DNA of 63,745 nucleotides, filler included, from Piptocephalis cylindrospora (GCA_003614145.1; 28 parts of 28 records of this genome joined end to end with filler, not necessarily neighbours in it), one strand, 5' to 3'; positions 11,504 to 23,022 are shown, counted from the whole stretch's first letter. Notes: generated by a model from the sequence alone, not told the origin. Numbers and translations: made by a program.

Positions 11504-12504
11504 NNNNNNNNNNNNNNNNNNNNNNNNNNNNNNNNNNNNNNNNNNNNTTAATTAATTAANNNNNNNNNNNNNNNNNNNNNNNNNNNNNNNNNNNNNNNNN
11601 NNNTGTCTAGAAGGAAAGCTATGGCTAAAAGAAGATATATTTCTCTTGACCCCCTCTCCTCTACCTCCTCATAAACCTTCATCTTCTACAGCATGGGGGC
11701 TGAAGATGGCACAAACCATGTACTCAAAAATGGTGGTCGTTAATTGGCTGAATCAACCTGCAGCAATAACGAAAATGGCCAAATTTGATCATTTTGCGTA
11801 TATGCCGCATGACACCTTGGCTAATGTTATCCACCCATTTAAATATCATATGATAGCCCTACTCTTCAGTTTTCCAGAATAGTATATAAAGTACCTGGCA
11901 AGGGAAATTGGGGTCGTCTAGTGCCCCAAAACTGCACCTTGGTTGAGCGCAGTTTTATGAGGCGGTAGATATTTGAGCCAAGCATATTTAGCGTCCGGTA
12001 CTAATAATTTATATATTCATAGTTAGTGGCCAAAGGGCTATCTGATAGTATATACCATGCGTCCCGTGCATGGACCACCTATTCTAAAGATTATTCGGCA
12101 CCGCGTTGAGGGCGTATGAGTCCTAGGGGGTGTGGAGCGCACTCCCGAGCGTCGGTTTGCCCTCACAGTTCCGGACCACAATGCTGCTACCCTCGAGGCG
12201 ACCATTAGCTGCCATATTTGGCCTGATACCATTATCCACACGGACATGTAACGTGGCTACAACGGGTTGTCCAGTGCCAACGGCTACTGTAACAAGGCAA
12301 CAAAAGAAGAGGGAAATGATTTTGATGTGTATGTCAAAGTCTGAAAAAAAGGGAGATGAGAAAAGGGAGAAAAGAGAAAAAGGAAGAAATGGGGATTTTC
12401 CTACCTCCGTGGGAATCCGGAGAGAAGGAGTTCCAAAGATATTGTTACAAAGATATTCCCACACTTCGTATAACAAGGGTAAACAGGGGCCGGGAGGAAC
12501 AGGA

Positions 12505-12625
12505 GGGGACCCGTGTCCCCGATAGATTAAAGGCGAGGACCTGCGTCCTCGATAAATTAAGGGAGGATCCCATATTCGGAGCTCCACGATAGATTAAAAT
12601 AAAGGGACCCCGTGTTCGGAGCTTT
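12505..12625. repeat. Degenerate tandem array (3-4 units of about 30 nt, core GGACC...CGATARATTAA)
   Basis: Units gggacccgtgtccccgatagattaaa / gaggacctgcgtcctcgataaattaa / gaggatcccatattcggagctccacgatagattaaa / gggaccccgtgttcggagct. Confidence 0.75.
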
Positions 12626-12686
12626 ATAATGATGGCATCATTACAGCTATCAGCGCTACACGGTCAGCCGCTCGGAGAGATGCAGA

Positions 12687-12860
12687 GACCCTGTGACCGG
12701 GGTCCATACCAACACAATCAAGGGGACCTGGGCGGGCATCAAAAGGGCCGTTCCTCCAAGATGCTACACCAAGGACATGGCGGATGACCACCTGTGGGGG
12801 TTCATTTGGCGCCGCAAGAACAGGGCTCTTTTGTGGGATGCCTTTCTAGATGCACTGTGA
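12687..12860 (+). pseudogene. Merlin (IS1016/IS1595-like) transposase C-terminal remnant
   Basis: Translates as DPVTGVHTNTIKGTWAGIKRAVPPRCYTKDMADDHLWGFIWRRKNRALLWDAFLDAL*, against the family pattern DP.TG.HTN.IE..W...K...L.EF.WR. The catalytic Glu position reads Lys (AAG). Not present in the ORF track. Confidence 0.88.
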
Positions 12861-13920
12861 ATGAGGGAATAGAGTGAGAGCGGGTCAAGGGAAATATATT
12901 TCCTTTTAGCCATAGTTTCTCTTCTAATATTCAAATTAAAAGCAGTTAATGCATCATGGAGCCCACTGCCTCAGGTATTGGTGTATAGAATAAGGTGTTA
13001 TGTAGCTTTTAGCATGGCGTTACACTGTGGGTATATTAGGCTTGCTCCAGGAAAGGCATCTGAGGCAGTGTAATATATTTTCTTCCTTCTACTTTATTTA
13101 CTTATTCTAATACATCACCATCTTCTTCAATCTGATATCGCTATTGCAAGTAAGTTAAATCACTGCCCACTTTGCAAAGGGCTCTGCTAATGCATTTATG
13201 CCATATATCCCTCTTATGATACTCTAATTTGGTATGGGCGCAACTAAACTTTTAGCGCAATCAATATATATGGATAACTTAGCTGTTGGTACCCTCTATA
13301 ATGAAAAAGAAAAGTTAATGAGTCTCATTAGAGATTATACAGTTCCTCATCATAGGGAAATCAGGGTAACCGGCTGAAGTCTATTATACCCCCAGTGTAC
13401 GGTTATGGGCAATTGGCTGAGTATTTTTTCAAGCGGTTTCCTGCATCGCATTTAGCTGCTCTTGATCTACATTCATGGCTAGTATCAAGCACGTATATTT
13501 ATTATTTTGTCCAGTATGGCGTACTTACTGCCAAAACATCACGTGATTTGCATCATCTCCTCGGCCTAGAGTAAAAAGCCATAATTTATGTGAGTGGTTG
13601 CAATGAAGAGCGTGTCTTATGCTCTTTATGGTCATTAGCTAGAGTTAGCATGTTGGGGTTTTAGGACAAAAAAACTATACGGGTATGAGGTTGATATTTT
13701 ATAAAAGTTACCTCTGACTTTGACGGGTGGCGGAGTTGGGCATAAAAGGCCGGTGATTCTTATTTTCAGTCTATTGGTTTCTTGTTTTCTTCTCTCTTTT
13801 TTCCACCATGTCGCTTCCNNNNNNNNNNNNNNNNNNNNNNNNNNNNNNNNNNNNNNNNNNNNTTAATTAATTAANNNNNNNNNNNNNNNNNNNNNNNNNN
13901 NNNNNNNNNNNNNNNNNNTT

Positions 13921-15504
13921 GCCCTACTCACTTTTCTTTTCTTATTCGGCTCCCTTCTAGCCTCCCCAGGCCCACCCCTCCCCACCTCCGCCCCCACTCC
14001 CATCCCCGTCCCTGAGCCCCTCTCCACTGACACTTCAGACCCGCCTTTCACGACCTATCCTGCCCTGACCGAAGTCATTCAGATCACTCGGCAGCTCCAG
14101 CCCACCCCGACCTCCCCTGAGAAGGTCAATGTATTTCCCACCCTGACGCTCACTGCTTCCTCCACCCAGGACACAGAGGAACCCATCACCGAGGTTGCGC
14201 CTACGCCTTCCCAAAAACCCCATGATGAACCTGTCTTTATCTCCCCAAAACGATTTCCCCTCACGGCCAACCACTCTACGGATCATCGACTTGTCTATAC
14301 CCCATCATGGGAGGTGATGAATAAGGCCAATTCCAGCGCCCCGCCCCTTACTCCCATCCTCGATCTAGGAAAGGATACCCGAGACCAACCGCTTCAATTC
14401 CTCACCGGATCCTGGATTTCTCTGGAATTGATTCATCGTCCTGGAATGTACATTGGCCTCACCAATGTCTCTTCCACCCCGGAAAGCGCCGTCAGCTCAG
14501 TCGATGGGATTATTCATGAATTTGGGGAGTCCTTTCGTTCCACCACTGCCCCGGTCCCTAGTCTCCTCTCCATCCCTCAGCCTGATCCGAAAAAATACCC
14601 GGGAGTCGCCATTCAATTGGACTCTCCTCGTGCCCTCCCCTCCATATCCGACTCAAAGAAGGAGGATGTTATCGAAACATACCTTCGAGCATCCAGTCAT
14701 CACTTTCTACGGTGGGCCAATGCCACCGCTCTCACTACCGCCCTCGCCTCCTCCCCAGCTTCCATCCCCCTCCAGGGTCTCACTTTCACTGCGGATCCTG
14801 CGGAAGCCACCCTCTTTCGCTTCACCCACTCCAAGTCCTCTTCCTCCCCGGGCCTTATCCATCTCCATCTCCAGGACCATACCATCCCTGTACGTGTCCG
14901 AGCCCTTCCCCAGCTCCATGGTCAAGGTATCATGGAGGAACTCGCAGGGACACAGTCCTTCCAAGTAGCTACCCCTTTACGTCATAGACATGTCCTGATT
15001 GAGCTCAAGCTGGAAAATCCTTCCAGTCTCCCCCAAACCATGTCCTACCAGCTGGATTTGACCCGGTCGGTTGTCACCTCGGTCTACTGGTTCAACATCC
15101 TTCAGCTTAGTCTGTCGATTAAAGCCGGTCTTTCCGCCCTCCTCTTCTCCCCGCAGACCAACATGAACTTTCAGCTTTTCCTCAATCATGACAAGCAGGA
15201 TGATCTCATCATTCAGGCCAACCGTATGGTCAAAGCCGATATTCTCGTCCGGCCCCAGACCTCGCTGCGCGCCCGTATCATCAGTGTGGAGAGTTCTTAT
15301 ACCGTACGGGTCGATGCCATCGTCTCCCGTACTCTACTCGATCCTCGCACTGGCGAGCCCTACGCTGGGCTCGATGGGCGTATGGGCAAGGACGGTCCCC
15401 GTCCTCCTTCCTACTACTCCATTCAAGGCCAAATGTCCGTGTCGGTGGATGGGTCTGCTGAGCTTCATGTGGGGCAAGAGACGCCCTTTCTTGGCAAATC
15501 TTAG
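13921..15504 (+). CDS. Putative secreted protein: Pro/Thr stalk + lectin-like beta domain + aerolysin/ETX-MTX2-like domain (5' truncated)
   Basis: The frame is open from the contig edge (527 aa, longer than the 396-aa track call). It starts with hydrophobic ALLTFLFLFGSLLASP followed by a P/T-rich region. The C-terminus LENPSSLPQTMSY...SLSIKAG...ILVRPQTSLRARII...YTVRVDAIVSR...IQG resembles aerolysin-fold beta-PFTs. Confidence 0.6.
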   Translation, partial: ALLTFLFLFGSLLASPGPPLPTSAPTPIPVPEPLSTDTSDPPFTTYPALTEVIQITRQLQPTPTSPEKVNVFPTLTLTASSTQDTEEPITEVAPTPSQKPHDEPVFISPKRFPLTANHSTDHRLVYTPSWEVMNKANSSAPPLTPILDLGKDTRDQPLQFLTGSWISLELIHRPGMYIGLTNVSSTPESAVSSVDGIIHEFGESFRSTTAPVPSLLSIPQPDPKKYPGVAIQLDSPRALPSISDSKKEDVIETYLRASSHHFLRWANATALTTALASSPASIPLQGLTFTADPAEATLFRFTHSKSSSSPGLIHLHLQDHTIPVRVRALPQLHGQGIMEELAGTQSFQVATPLRHRHVLIELKLENPSSLPQTMSYQLDLTRSVVTSVYWFNILQLSLSIKAGLSALLFSPQTNMNFQLFLNHDKQDDLIIQANRMVKADILVRPQTSLRARIISVESSYTVRVDAIVSRTLLDPRTGEPYAGLDGRMGKDGPRPPSYYSIQGQMSVSVDGSAELHVGQETPFLGKS

Positions 15505-16232
15505 CGGCCAACGATACACTTGTCAACATACATGTCCCTTCCCTCGCAGTGAATGTGCCTTTGAGTGGGGGATGTTCATAAGAGCAACATAGTTAATCAA
15601 GGATTCTTTCCCTACCTACCCTTATCGATTAAATGTGTTATTCTAGGGTGATTCCCTGAACAAAACAATATATATATAGGTACTTATACTCTCTTATCTC
15701 CCGTATATCTAAAACTATTAAGTTCCATCTTATTATTCATACTAGCAGTGTCAACAAATACCAAGTCTCTTTAAACACCATCCATTAGCATCCGTGTGTT
15801 GTTATAATGTCCCAACTATATATGAGGGAATGACCAGCGCGTCTAGCCCTCTTGGAGTTATCCACTGCCTCTGTCTTCCCAATGTATAAAAGACCGCCAT
15901 TGACGCGCGACCTGACTACCTCAACTCAGCTAGCCTCTTCCTACTACCCTTTTGTTTCCTTCTTTCCTTTCCGTCTCTCCATCACCCTGTAGCCTGCCTT
16001 TCCTCACTTTCTCACTTCCTGGTGGTCAGTCTTCCCTGTTATACACGCATAGGCCATTTCTCTCCACATCAGTATGTCCCTGTCGGATCAAGAGGCATTC
16101 CAGGCGGCTCAGCAATGGTGCCTTTCCTCCTCNNNNNNNNNNNNNNNNNNNNNNNNNNNNNNNNNNNNNNNNNNNNTTAATTAATTAANNNNNNNNNNNN
16201 NNNNNNNNNNNNNNNNNNNNNNNNNNNNNNNN

Positions 16233-17371
16233 AAGGCTAGGAAAGACCCACACCTATAATCAACCCCAGTTTAGCCCAGATCACCCTCTTAATAGATAAT
16301 ATCGACAGGTTAATGACGGGGTTTCTCAGCTTTACACTTATTTTAAAGATGTATGTTTCCTGCCCCTTTTACTCTGCAACGATAGACTCCACCCTAGTAG
16401 ATGAAGATCCTCAAGGGCGACGACGAGGTTACAGCTGAATTATGTCATACACCCCCTTTTATCCCCATCAGCAGATGACATGATACGGGTCGTTTTATGA
16501 GAGGAAGAAAACAGCCCAGGTCTCATCCCTTGTCAGGCTAGTGCGATACCCAGCCTTGTGTTTGTAGATCATGTCCATACCATCACCTCTGGATTTTTTG
16601 ACAGGTCTAGTGAATACGGACGTTCCACTCGCCGCATCCCTTTTTCTGATGATATCTGTCTTGGAATGTATCTTTTTAAGTTCGCTGGCGATGTCAAGAG
16701 ACGGACTATGTTTTTTATCATTCCATAAAAGAGAGGGAGAGAGAGGGCAAATAGCATCGGCTCTATAAACCTAATGACCAAATAGATGAACCAAGGCGAC
16801 CCTTAAGAAACGACGTAGGCAGATTAATAACTTTAATATAATTGGAAATTACCGCGCAGACTCTGCGTCCAGCACCATAGGCCAGGATTGACCCTCCTTA
16901 CCATTCATAAACCATTTGACTGAGCTTTCCTCGCATCCCTAGTAAGGCTTGGCATAGTAAGGGTCGTGCATGGCCGAGTGGGAGGAACTTTGGTAAAAAA
17001 AAATTCGGGATATACCAGAGGGATGGGGACAAAGGTCGTGCAATGTACTATTGATACAGTCATACGAAACCAGAAATGGGGCAGCCTTGATCTCCCACTG
17101 CACGATCTATTACACCAAACCACGATCCAAGCTTATGACGCATAGATGTGTATCACCAGATGGGCGGCGTTGGAATCTCTGTGGGCGAAGTAAAAGAGCG
17201 AGTGATCTCATTGGCCTTTAAGGATGCCTTCTTTGGACTGGCAGGAAACATACATCTTTAAAATAAGTGTAAAGCTGAGAAACCCCGTCATTAACCTGTC
17301 GATATTATCTATTAAGAGGGTGATCTGGGCTAAACTGGGGTTGATTATAGGTGTGGGTCTTTCCTAGCCTT
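16233..17371. repeat. 132-nt inverted repeat 16233-16364 / 17240-17371
   Basis: Reverse-complement match by eye with no mismatch seen. One arm starts exactly at the contig edge. Confidence 0.95.
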
Positions 17372-18444
17372 TTCGGCGGAGCACCGTCTAGACAGGGAGG
17401 CAATATTCATAGGATACATACCAAGAGAAGAAGGGAGTGATGAGTCAAATATCCTATGATCGCCTGTGATTTTTCTAATTAAAATCATGAAAAGCTTAAA
17501 ATGCATAGTGTTTGATGCGCCAATTCTTTCCATCTCTCTTTTGACCTCCCATTTTATCTTCTAATGCCATTCATCCAATTCATTATTGTTGATCAATACA
17601 CCATGCCCTTCCCTTCATTACGCGCGCTAGCGTTAATCAGTACCTTACATTGCCTATTGCTCTTTGACCGCAGTATCCATTTAACCTATCATTTCCTCCC
17701 ATTTTCAGCCATTTGTAGGGCTCGCTGCCCATTCCTATTCCCATCGAATATTTTTTACTTGGGACCGAACGATATTCCCAGCTCATTATCCTATCGCCAC
17801 TAGTCGACGTCATGTCCACCTATGTGACCCTAGCGTGATTTTCTCGTGCATTCCATTTCATCTCGCTGGTTGCAGTGATGATCCTTACCCCATACTTGCT
17901 GTTTCACTTTTATCGCTCGGTGGGGCTGGATCACTAGTAAAGCGCGGGGGAGAAGGAAGCGATGATGCGGCTGGAATTGAAGAGAGAATGAGTAATGGTA
18001 AGGAAGAGGAGGGAGGACATGACGACGAATACAATAGAGAATATGCGCTCATCCATCCTTTATCCCTCATTGTAAAGCTCATTGGCATAGTCATCGGCGC
18101 TGCCACCACTCACAGCTCCAGTCAAAGTTCGGATAATGATGGCCATGCTGACGGGGATGGTGTATTGATCAACAATAATGAATTGGATGAATGGCATTAG
18201 AAGATAAAATGGGAGGTCAAAAGAGAGATGGAAAGAATTGGCGCATCAAACACTATGCATTTTAAGCTTTTCATGATTTTAATTAGAAAAATCACAGGCG
18301 ATCATAGGATATTTGACTCATCACTCCCTTCTTCTCTTGGTATGTATCCTATGAATATTGCCTCCCTGTCTAGACGGTGCTCCGCCGAAAAGGCTAGGAA
18401 AGACCCACACCTATAATCAACCCCAGTTTAGCCCAGATCACCCT
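17317..18444. repeat. 288-nt inverted repeat 17317-17604 / 18157-18444
   Basis: Reverse-complement match that explains the identical 62-aa ORFs at 17345..17533(-) and 18228..18416(+). One arm ends exactly at the contig edge. Confidence 0.95.
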
Positions 18445-18699
18445 NNNNNNNNNNNNNNNNNNNNNNNNNNNNNNNNNNNNNNNNNNNNTTAATTAATTAA
18501 NNNNNNNNNNNNNNNNNNNNNNNNNNNNNNNNNNNNNNNNNNNNACGACCCCAAAGAGGATCGTGTGAGCATGGAGGACAGCCTGAACCATCAAGATGCT
18601 TTCCCATAAAAGTTTATTTTTTTATTTTAGTAAAGTTATGTGTGGCCGAGGATCTTCTTTTCCACAAAAAAAAAACACAAACTTTTTTCCCTCCCTCCC

Positions 18700-18732
<33 letters not shown>

Positions 18733-18760
18733 TCTCTCTCTCTCCCTCTACTCCAAAGCC

Positions 18761-20254
18761 CTAAGTATGGCCAGGGGGGATCATCTCGACACCGGGGGTG
18801 GTGGTTCGACTGGGACCGCGGGAGGAGCCACGGGTCTTAGAGGCAGCCAAGGCAGTGAGAGCAGCACCGACCCCGGACCCATCTTTGGAGAGCTTGATGG
18901 AGACCAGGGAGGTGATGTCAGGACCAATGAGCTTGGTCATCTGTTCCAGCAAAAGCCTCTCATAGTTGGGGTAGAATTCGTAGAGGGAGCCGTCAATCCC
19001 GACCATGACCTTGCCGGGACCACCGCCGTTCTCCGGGTCAGTAGGAGCAAGAAGGTCTTGCCGTTGCCGGATGAGGGCAGAAAGGGCAGAGGCAGCGAGC
19101 TTGGCGGATCGATGACCCACAAGCTCACACACTCGCTTAACAATGACAATGTCAGCGGCGGTGGGAGAGGGGAGGTTAAGGATGGTCTCGAGGACCTCCC
19201 GGGTATCGAGGAGCCCAAGGTCCTGCATATCGGCCTCAATGGTGGAGAGGTAGGCGGTGTCGAGGGTGTAGGCGTGGTTGAGTTCGGGGGAGCTATTCCC
19301 GGAGAAGATGAGACGACGGTCCACCATATCCACCAGGATATTGCGGACAATCTCGCCGAGATACATGCCCGACACCATTTTCTCGAAGAGCTGCTTGCCC
19401 GGGTTGATAGATTCACGATCCAGCTTGTTGTCGTACCGGGTGAAAGGGAGGACATGGCGCTCGCTGTCGAACGCACCCCACTCCATGTTCAAGATCATCT
19501 CGCGGACGTGACGGTCGCTGAGGGTACGGTCAAATTTAGTGATTTTGTCCAAACGTTCGTAGTAGGCAGCATTGGTACCCGTGCCGAGGATGACACCACA
19601 AAAGGTCTCAGGAGCCTGGTAGGCACAGGCCAGGAGGGTTCCGACGGTATCGTTGACGATGGCGGCCACGCGAACATTCAGATGCTTTCGGTTGATGGCG
19701 GTCTGAAGAAGCTGAACAATATCCTTGCCCACGGCATCTTGGATGTCATAGCCCTTGGTCCAAGTCACGAGACAGCCCTTGTCAATTCCGGTCTGGGCCA
19801 CGGGGAAGGAGAAAGTGAAGCCCATGTCGAGACGCGGGCCGCCCCGGGAGCCCCGGCCGGCGCGTTCAGTGAGGAAATCGTCGACACACTCCGCCAGATA
19901 GTCAAACAATTCTTTGCTCGTCCCAGTCTTGAGGGCGTCTGACACCGAGTACTTGTTCTGCGCCACTTTGAGCTTCCCTGCGCCGAGCAAGGTGACTTTA
20001 CAGATACGGAGGTTGGTGCCTCCCAGGTCCATAGCCAGGTACTCTCCCTCTTCCTCCCCGGTGATACGATGGGTGACGTACGAGGGGATCATGGCCACAG
20101 TCTGACCCGGTTTCTCCAAGCCCTTCTGCAGCTCTTCCTGCATGTGGTCATAGACAGACTCGAGAGTGGAGGAGGGCACAAGGAAGCGCTCTTCCAGTTG
20201 AGCCAGATGCGTCCGCTGGGCCTGGGAGAGAGTGGTATAGTCGAGTGGCGGCAT
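18761..20254 (-). CDS. HXK: Hexokinase
   Basis: 497 aa, intronless. Motifs MIPSYV, YLAMDLGGTNLRI, MGFTFSFPV, WTKG, IVNDTVGTL, ILGTGTNAAY, NMEWGAFD, FEKMVSGMYLGEI, DGSLYE and SKDGSGVGAAL. Confidence 0.98.
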   Translation of the reverse strand: MPPLDYTTLSQAQRTHLAQLEERFLVPSSTLESVYDHMQEELQKGLEKPGQTVAMIPSYVTHRITGEEEGEYLAMDLGGTNLRICKVTLLGAGKLKVAQNKYSVSDALKTGTSKELFDYLAECVDDFLTERAGRGSRGGPRLDMGFTFSFPVAQTGIDKGCLVTWTKGYDIQDAVGKDIVQLLQTAINRKHLNVRVAAIVNDTVGTLLACAYQAPETFCGVILGTGTNAAYYERLDKITKFDRTLSDRHVREMILNMEWGAFDSERHVLPFTRYDNKLDRESINPGKQLFEKMVSGMYLGEIVRNILVDMVDRRLIFSGNSSPELNHAYTLDTAYLSTIEADMQDLGLLDTREVLETILNLPSPTAADIVIVKRVCELVGHRSAKLAASALSALIRQRQDLLAPTDPENGGGPGKVMVGIDGSLYEFYPNYERLLLEQMTKLIGPDITSLVSIKLSKDGSGVGAALTALAASKTRGSSRGPSRTTTPGVEMIPPGHT

Positions 20255-20845
20255 GCGTCGTCTTTTGAAAGGAAGAGAAGTAAGGTGGGATGGAGGGGAG
20301 GGGAAGGGAGGATGTATGAAGGGGGAAGGGTACGTGTAGAGTGGTGGGAAGGGTGAAAGGGGAGAGGGGAGGGCAGGGCATTAGTGAGGGAGCCGAGGAA
20401 TCGGGTTCCCGAGGAATCGGTCGTCTTTTCCTGGTAGTAGGTTGTGGCTGATCTTGACGGACTATGCGTGATGAGAGAAGGGGGGGGATGAGTGAGTAGT
20501 GTCTGTGTTGTGTTAGGGATGCTGCCCATCGAGCCATCCTTTGGTTTTACCTGCACTTACCTGTAGCTACTACTGCCGGAATAAGCCACCTTGACCCAAA
20601 AGATGGACAGGATGATGCAGGCAAGGCCGTTCTCACACACACTAAAAGGACTGACAGACACTTCTACATCACTATCTCCGCCTTATTTTTAAGCCCCCGA
20701 CACCACCACTCACCAATCATACTAGGTACCCTGGTCTCCCCCCCCNNNNNNNNNNNNNNNNNNNNNNNNNNNNNNNNNNNNNNNNNNNNTTAATTAATTA
20801 ANNNNNNNNNNNNNNNNNNNNNNNNNNNNNNNNNNNNNNNNNNNN

Positions 20846-23022
20846 ATCCTCACCATCCGTCTCTCTCGATCCGGACCCCAAAGGACCCAAACACATGCTG
20901 TCCTATGGGGCTCGAACCACCGAGGATCAAGAACCTGACAATCAGCAAGGAAACCGGAGGGATCTAGGGACTGGGAGGTCCCACCCAGGCCCATAATACC
21001 CCCAGAAGTTCCTGGGCCTTTGGTCGCACTACCTCCTCCGGCCTTTATCACCAGGGTCATAGAGGGGAAATGAGCAGGTCCTCCATCAGGACCGGGAGGC
21101 TGGGCCCTCAAGGCCTGGAGGACAGGCTTGGATCGGAGGATCGAGTCCGAAACCTCGTCTACCACTAACAATTTGACCGAGAGATCCCTCGTGACCCCCA
21201 AGATCGCAGGGATATCTTCGTGAAGCCGGGTAGGGTCGGGCGGGGAAAGGGGTACGGGAATGGCGCCGATAAGCATGATGGCGTAAAGGGCCACGAGCAT
21301 GTCCATACCGTGGCCCATAACGAGAACAATATAATCCCCAGCCTGAATTCCACGCTTCCCCGTAAGGTTCTGGGCCATTCCGGTCATTCGTTGCATCCAC
21401 CTCTTCCACGTCATACTCCCACCTTTACCTGGGACCTGCATGACCCCGGAGGAGGGGACAGAGGTGGGGCCAGAAGAAGAGGAGGAGGTTGAGTTGGGCT
21501 TAAGGCACCGGACAGCTACTTCCTCCGGGGTATTCCTTCCTCTCCAGACTAGAGCATCCACAATGGATGGGAGGTGAGCAGAGTTACCCGGATCCTGAGA
21601 AGAGTGATCTACTGTCTGAGAGGAAGGGGGTACGTGAATACGACCGGGTCCCGTCTCCACCACTCCAGTCCATTGAGGCAAATGGGGATAGGGATGATTG
21701 GTAATGATGGGTGGAGTTGTGTGAGCAGGATGAGAGGAGGGTTCATCATCATCCGATGATGGATGAGCCATAAAGGAAGGAGGAGGAGCCAGACCAAGGA
21801 TAGACCAGAGCCAATCCCGCTCGCCCATCTCTCCCTCAGCATCATCCGTCGCCCCATCGGCCGGCCCAATGGTCTGGCGATCCACCCCGTTAGAGCTTCC
21901 TCCCATGGTGAGGTATAGGATCTTCAAGGCCCCACCTAGGAAGGCTCTACGTGATTCTTCAACGTGGACGAGCCTTCGCCCATGCCGTAAGACCCGGGGA
22001 AGCCCACCAACAGGGCATATAGCCACACACCAAGGTCGAAGGGAATGGTAATCGGTCAGGACGGTGCAGACCCGCCTCAGGAGACCCAACCATTCCTCCT
22101 TCCTCTCCTCCGACTCCACAAGCACGACCAACCCATAGCCCTTTGCAATAGGTCGATCAAAGGCAGTGCATGTCATGATCCCGGGAACATGAGCCATTAA
22201 GGTGTACATGATATCCGGGGCATAGTCCACGAGAAGCTGTGTAGTAGGGGGCGCCATGGGGCCTTGAGGCCTAAAGGGGGGAGGGGGAGGATGAGATGAA
22301 GGAAGTGTGAGTGAAATATTCAGTACTATTTCATGCTACGCACAGAAAATATTCGTCTCCCAGGATATAAAAATCTAGACAAAAAAAGAAGCCTTACCTG
22401 GACCATACAACCTGCCGAACTCGATCTTCATAAACGCCTAGGACAAAAACTTGATCTTCCACCATCATACCCATGAGACCTGTACGGAGAAACTCTCGAT
22501 CCAGGCCATAAACAATACCATGCTCATCCCGGACTGAGGGCTTTGCCCGGAAGATGCTCATAGTATGCTTAGGAAGGCCCCAAAAACCACCAGAAAGAGC
22601 CGGGGAATCCACCCAAATTTCCCCCACTCGGTCGGAGGGACAAGTGATCTTTGAACTAGGGTCGACAACGGTCAGCGCGACCTCAGGCATAGGGTAACCA
22701 AAAGCGGCGACTCGGGCCACGACCCGACCATCACCCCATCGACCATCAGTCTCCCGAACCCGGACGACCCTTCCCTCTCGTAGGGCCCTTCGTTCCACGC
22801 CGATCTCAAGGGGCCGGTAGACCCCGGATCCACCATCCAATTGACCTAAATGATCACGCATGGAGAGGATCATGCCTCCATGCTCACTCAGGGCACAAAC
22901 TGGGGTGACAGCATCAGCAAAGGCGCGGCAGCCCAGAGGGGCCAAAAGGGACTCCTCAAGATCCCGGTCCAAGGCAGCATCTGGTCTGGGGGTTTCAATG
23001 AGGAGACGACGTAAGAGCAGGA
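20846..23022 (-). CDS. DIP2/Cmr2-family tandem fatty acyl-AMP ligase-like protein, internal fragment (intron 22271-22397)
   Basis: First adenylation-like domain: VCALSEHGGMILSMRD, FGYPMPEVALTVVDP, VGEIWVDSPALSGGFWGLPKHT..IF.A and FLRTGLMG. The second domain begins at SIVDALVWRGRNTPEE...GAIPVPLSPPDPTRLHEDIPA. A phase-2 intron joins the two track ORFs. Confidence 0.85.

Larger units (their letters stand above)
11608..12926. mobile_element. Internally deleted, non-autonomous DNA transposon bounded by imperfect TIRs and carrying a Merlin transposase remnant
   Basis: 11608-11652 and 12882-12926 are inverted repeats (39 of 45 nt match). The Merlin C-terminal coding remnant ends 21 nt inside the right repeat. 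No TSD could be identified. Confidence 0.7.

Noticed and set aside
12927..13818. AT-rich stretch as foreign DNA or RNA gene
   Set aside because: No ORF, tRNA/rRNA motif or repeat recognised; compatible with intergenic or decayed TE sequence.
17345..18416. Two identical 62-aa ORFs on opposite strands suggesting a duplicated peptide gene
   Set aside because: A by-product of the 288-nt inverted repeat; no coding signature.
18701..18730. Long poly-C tracts (also about 27641-27667, 27785-27812, 47061-47090) as G-quadruplex elements or poly-Pro ORFs
   Set aside because: Several sit near contig ends amid smeared homopolymer sequence typical of low-quality reads; their lengths are unreliable.
18596..19942. 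Long antisense ORFs (448 aa here; also 1399-2205, 2806-3957, 32285-33145)
   Set aside because: Shadows of strongly codon-biased genes on the opposite strand; no recognisable motifs.
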